This document shows positions 59,901 through 64,000 of a stretch of 64,000 nt of DNA, in pieces (positions within the stretch are counted from its first letter, which is position 1; each line of letters starts with the position of its first letter). The position numbers and the translations under genes are program-made. Source of the stretch: the human T2T-CHM13v2.0 reference genome, Homo sapiens. Below the pieces are notes generated by a model. The model saw only the letters and a list, made by a program, of their open reading frames with translations, searched no databases and was not told where the DNA came from. The stretch lies in the NCBI RefSeq assembly GCF_009914755.1, contig NC_060925.1, one strand, 5' to 3'.

Positions 59901-62900
59901 CATCATCGGATGGAAACTAATGGAATCATCATCGAATGTAAATGAAGGAGTCATCATCTAATGGAATTGCATGGAATCATCATAAAACGGAATCGAATGG
60001 AATCAACATCAAATGGAATCAAATGGAATCATTGAACGGAATTGAATGGAATCGTCATCGAATGAATTGAATGCAATCATCGAATGGTCTCGAATGGAAT
60101 CATCTTCAAATGGTATGGAATGGAATCATCGCATAGAATCGAATGGAATTATCATCGAATGGAATCGAATGGTATCAACATCAAACGGAAAAAAACGGAA
60201 TTATCGAATGCAATCGAAGAGAATCATCGAACGGACCCGAATGGAATCATCTAATGGAATGGAATGGAATAATCCACGGACTCGAATGCAATCATCGTCG
60301 AATGGAATCGAATGGAATCATCGAATGGACTCGAATGGAATAATCATTGAACGGAATCGAATGGAATCATCATCGGATGGAAACGAATGGAATCATCATC
60401 GAATGGAAATGAAAGGAATCATCATCTAATGGAATTGCATGGAATCATCATAAAATGGAATCGAATGGAATCAACATCAAATGGAATCAAATGGAATCAT
60501 TGAACGGAATTGAATAGAATCGTCATCGAATGAATTGAATGCAATCATTGAATGGTCTCGAATGGAATCAACTTCAAATGGAATGGAATGGAACCATCGC
60601 ATAGAATCGAATGGAATTATCATCGAATGGAATCGAATGGAATCAACATCAAACGGAAAAAAACGGAATTATCGAATGGAATCGAAGAGAATCATCGAAT
60701 GGACCGGAATGGAATCATCTAATGGAATGGAATGGAATAATCCATGGACTCGAATGCAATCATCATCGAATGGAATCGAATGGAATCATAGAATGGACTG
60801 GAATGGAATAATCATTGAACGGAATCGAATGGAATCATCATCGGATGGAAATGAATGGAATCATCATCGAATGGAATCGAATACAATTATGGAATGAAAT
60901 CCAGTGTGATCATCATCGAATGGACCCGAATGGAATCATCATCCAACGGAAGCTAATGGAATCAACATCGAATGAAACGAATGGAAACACCATCGAATTG
61001 AAAGGAATGGAATTATCATGAAATTGAAATGGATGGACTCATCATCAAATGGATTCGAATGGAATCATCGAATAAAATTGATTGAAATCATCATCGAATG
61101 GAATCGAATGGTATCATTGAATGGAATCGAATGGAATCATCATCAGATGGAAATGAATGGAATCGTCATAGAATGGAATCGAATGGATTCATTGAATGGA
61201 ATCAGATGGAATCATCGAATGGACTGGAATGGAATCATTGAATGGACTCGAAAGGGATCATGATTGAATGGAATTGAATGGAATCATCGAATGGTCTCGA
61301 TTGGAATCATTATCAAATGGAATCGAATGGAATCACCGAATAGAATCGAATGGAACAATCATCTAACGGACTCAAATGGAATTATCCTCCAATGGAATCG
61401 AATGGAATTATCGAATGCAATCGAATGGAATTATCGAATGCAATCGAATAGAATCATCGAATGGACTCGAATGGAATCATCGAATGGAATGGAATGGAAC
61501 AGTCAATGAACTCGAATGGAATCATCCTTGAATGGAATCGAATGGAATCATCGAGTGGAATCGAATGGAATTATGATCAAATGGAATCGAATGTAATCAT
61601 CATCAAATGGAATCAAAAATAACCATCATCAATTGGTATTGAATGGAATTGTCATCAAATGGAATTCAAAGGAAACATCATAAAATGGATCCGAATGGAA
61701 TCCTCATAGAAGGGAAATGAAAGGGGTCATCATCTAATGGAATCGCATGGAATCATCATCAAATGTAATCGAATGGAATCATCATCAAATGGAATCTGAT
61801 GGAATCATTGAACAGAATTGAATGGAATCGTCATCGAATTAATTGAATGCAATCATCGAATGGTCTCGAATGGAATCATCTTCTAATGGAAAGGAATGGA
61901 ATCATCGCATAGAATCGAATGGAATTAACATTGAATGGACTCGAATGGAATCAACATCAAACGGAATCAAGAGGAATTATCGAATGAAATCGAAGAGAAT
62001 CATCGAACGGACCCGAATGGAATCATCTAATGGAATGGAATGGAATAATCCATGGACTCGAATGCAATCATCATCGAATGGAATCGAATGGAATCATCGA
62101 ATGGACTCGAATGGAATAATCATTGAACGGAATCGAATGGAATCATCATCAGATGGAAACGAATGGAATCATCATCGAATGGAAATGAAAGGAGTCATCA
62201 TCTAATGGAATTGCATGGAATCATCATAAAATGGAATCGAATGGAATCAACATCAAATGGAATCAAATGGAATCATTGAACGGAATTGAATGGAATCGTC
62301 ATCGAATGAATTGAATGCAATCATCGAATGGTCTCGAATGGAATCATCTTCAAATGGAATGGAATGGAATCATCGCATAGAATCGAATGGAATTATCATC
62401 GAATGGAATCGAATGGAATCAACATCCAACGGAAAAAAACGGAATTATCGAATGGAATCGAAGAGAATCATCGAACGGACCCGAATGGAATCATCTAATG
62501 GAATGGAATGGAATAATCCATGGACTCGAATGCAATCATCATCGAATGGAATCGAATGGAATCATCGAATGGACTCGAATGGAATAATCATTGAACGGAA
62601 TCGAATGGAATCATCTTCGGATGGAAATGAATGGAATCATCATCGAATGGAATCGAATAGAATTATGGAATGAAATCCAGTGTGATCATCATCGAATGGA
62701 CCCGAATGGAATCATCATCCAACGGAAGCTAATGGAATCAACATCGAATGAATCGAATGGAAACACCATCGAATTGAAACGAATGGAATTATCATGAAAT
62801 TGAAATGGATGGACTCATCATCGGATGGATTCGAATGGAATCATCGAATAAAATTGATTGAAATCATCATCAAATGGAATCGAATGGTATCATTGAATGG

Positions 62901-64000
62901 AATCAAATGGAATCATCATCAGATGGAAATGAATGGAATCGTCATAGAATGGAATCGAATGGATTCATTGAATGGAATCAGATGGAATCATCGAATGGAC
63001 TGGAATGGAATCATTGAATGGACTCGAAAGGTATCATGATTGAATGGAATTGAATGGAATCATGGAATGGTCTCGATTGGAATCATTATCGAATGGAATC
63101 GAATGGAATCACCGAATAGAACCGAATGGAACAATCATCGAATGGACTCAAATGGAATTATCATCAAATGGAATGGAATGGAATTATCGAATGCAATCGA
63201 ATGGAATTATCGAATGCAATCGAATAGAATCATTGAATGGACTCGAATGGAAACATCGAATGGAATGGAATGGAACAGTCAATGAACTCGAATGGAATCA
63301 TCACTGAATGTAATCGAATGGAATCATCGAGAGGAATCGAATGGAATTATGATCAAATGGAATCGAATGTAATCATCATCAAATGGAATCAAAAATAACC
63401 ACCATCAATTGGTATTGAATGGAATTGTCATCAAATGGAATTCAAAGGAATCATCATCAAATGGAACCGAATGGAATCATCATTGAATGGAAATGAAAGG
63501 GGTCATCATCTAATGGAATCGCATGGAATCATCATCAAATGGAATCGAATGGAATCATCATCAAATGGAATCTGATGGAATCATTGAACAGAATTGAATG
63601 GAATCGTCATCGAATGAATTGAATGCAATCATCGAATGGTCTCGAATGGAATCATCTTCTAATGGAAAGGAATGGAATCATCGCATAGAATCGAATGGAA
63701 TTATCATCGAATGGAATCGAATGGCATCAACACCAAACGGAAAAAAACGGAATTATCGAATGGAATCGAAGAGAATCTTTGAACGGACCCGAATGGAATC
63801 ATCTAATGGAATGGAATGGAATAATCCATGGTCTCGAATGCAATCATCATCGAATGGAATCGAATGGAATCACCGAATAGAATCGAATGGAACAATCATC
63901 GAATGGACTCAAATGGAATTATCATCAAATGGAATGGAATGGAATTATCGAATGCAATCGAATGGAATTATCGAATGCAATCGAATAGAATCATTGAATG

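Larger units (their letters stand above)
1..64000 (+). repeat. Satellite II (HSat2/HSATII) tandem array, GGAAT-rich strand on +
   Basis: The entire window is diverged GGAAT/CGAAT pentamers with ATC triplets. It is built from 23-bp (GGAATCGAATGGAATCATCGAAT) and 26-bp (GGAATCGAATGGAATCATCATCGAAT) sub-monomers with very dense TCGA. This matches HSat2 (reverse complement CATTCGATTC) rather than HSat3, which has long pure GGAAT runs; runs here rarely exceed 3-4. No unique sequence or strand switch was seen. Confidence 0.97.

Noticed and set aside
74-63880. Hundreds of + strand ORFs of 60-178 aa (MESSSNELN..., MKLKWMD..., EWNHRM...)
   Set aside because: They are translations of GGAAT/ATC repeats. 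They overlap in all three frames, are low in complexity and are freely broken by stops and frameshifts between copies, with no sign of codon-level constraint. I used them only as positional markers.
1-64000. CRISPR-like or repeat-spacer system
   Set aside because: There are no unique spacers between constant repeats and no cas or other genes; all intervening sequence is itself satellite.
1-64000. HSat3/DYZ1 or alpha satellite
   Set aside because: Long pure GGAAT runs and a 3.5-kb period are lacking, and there is no 171-bp monomer or recognisable CENP-B box.

Overview
The whole 64 kb is one uninterrupted, single-orientation array of classical (GGAAT)n-derived satellite DNA. It has the CpG-rich ATCATCGAATGGAATCGAATGG periodicity of human/great-ape Satellite II (HSat2), most likely the ~1.77-kb EcoRI family typical of 1q12 pericentromeric heterochromatin. 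I see no genes, RNA genes, transposon insertions, inversions or CRISPR arrays; the ORF track is a by-product of the repeat. The interest lies in the higher-order architecture. Marker spacing shows units of about 840 + n x 468 bp (1308/1776/2244/2712 bp, n=1-4). After ~44.5 kb a 761-bp deletion-derived subunit appears and forms a ~5.55-kb higher-order repeat. There are also several recent tandem duplications (1773, 6731 later trimmed by 2244 and 468, 4165, 1766-1776 bp), a 147-bp duplication, a 219-bp templated insertion and a chimeric junction with an identifiable donor type. I found no evidence for a new coding system. All coordinates were read by eye or taken from the ORF track, so breakpoints are approximate.
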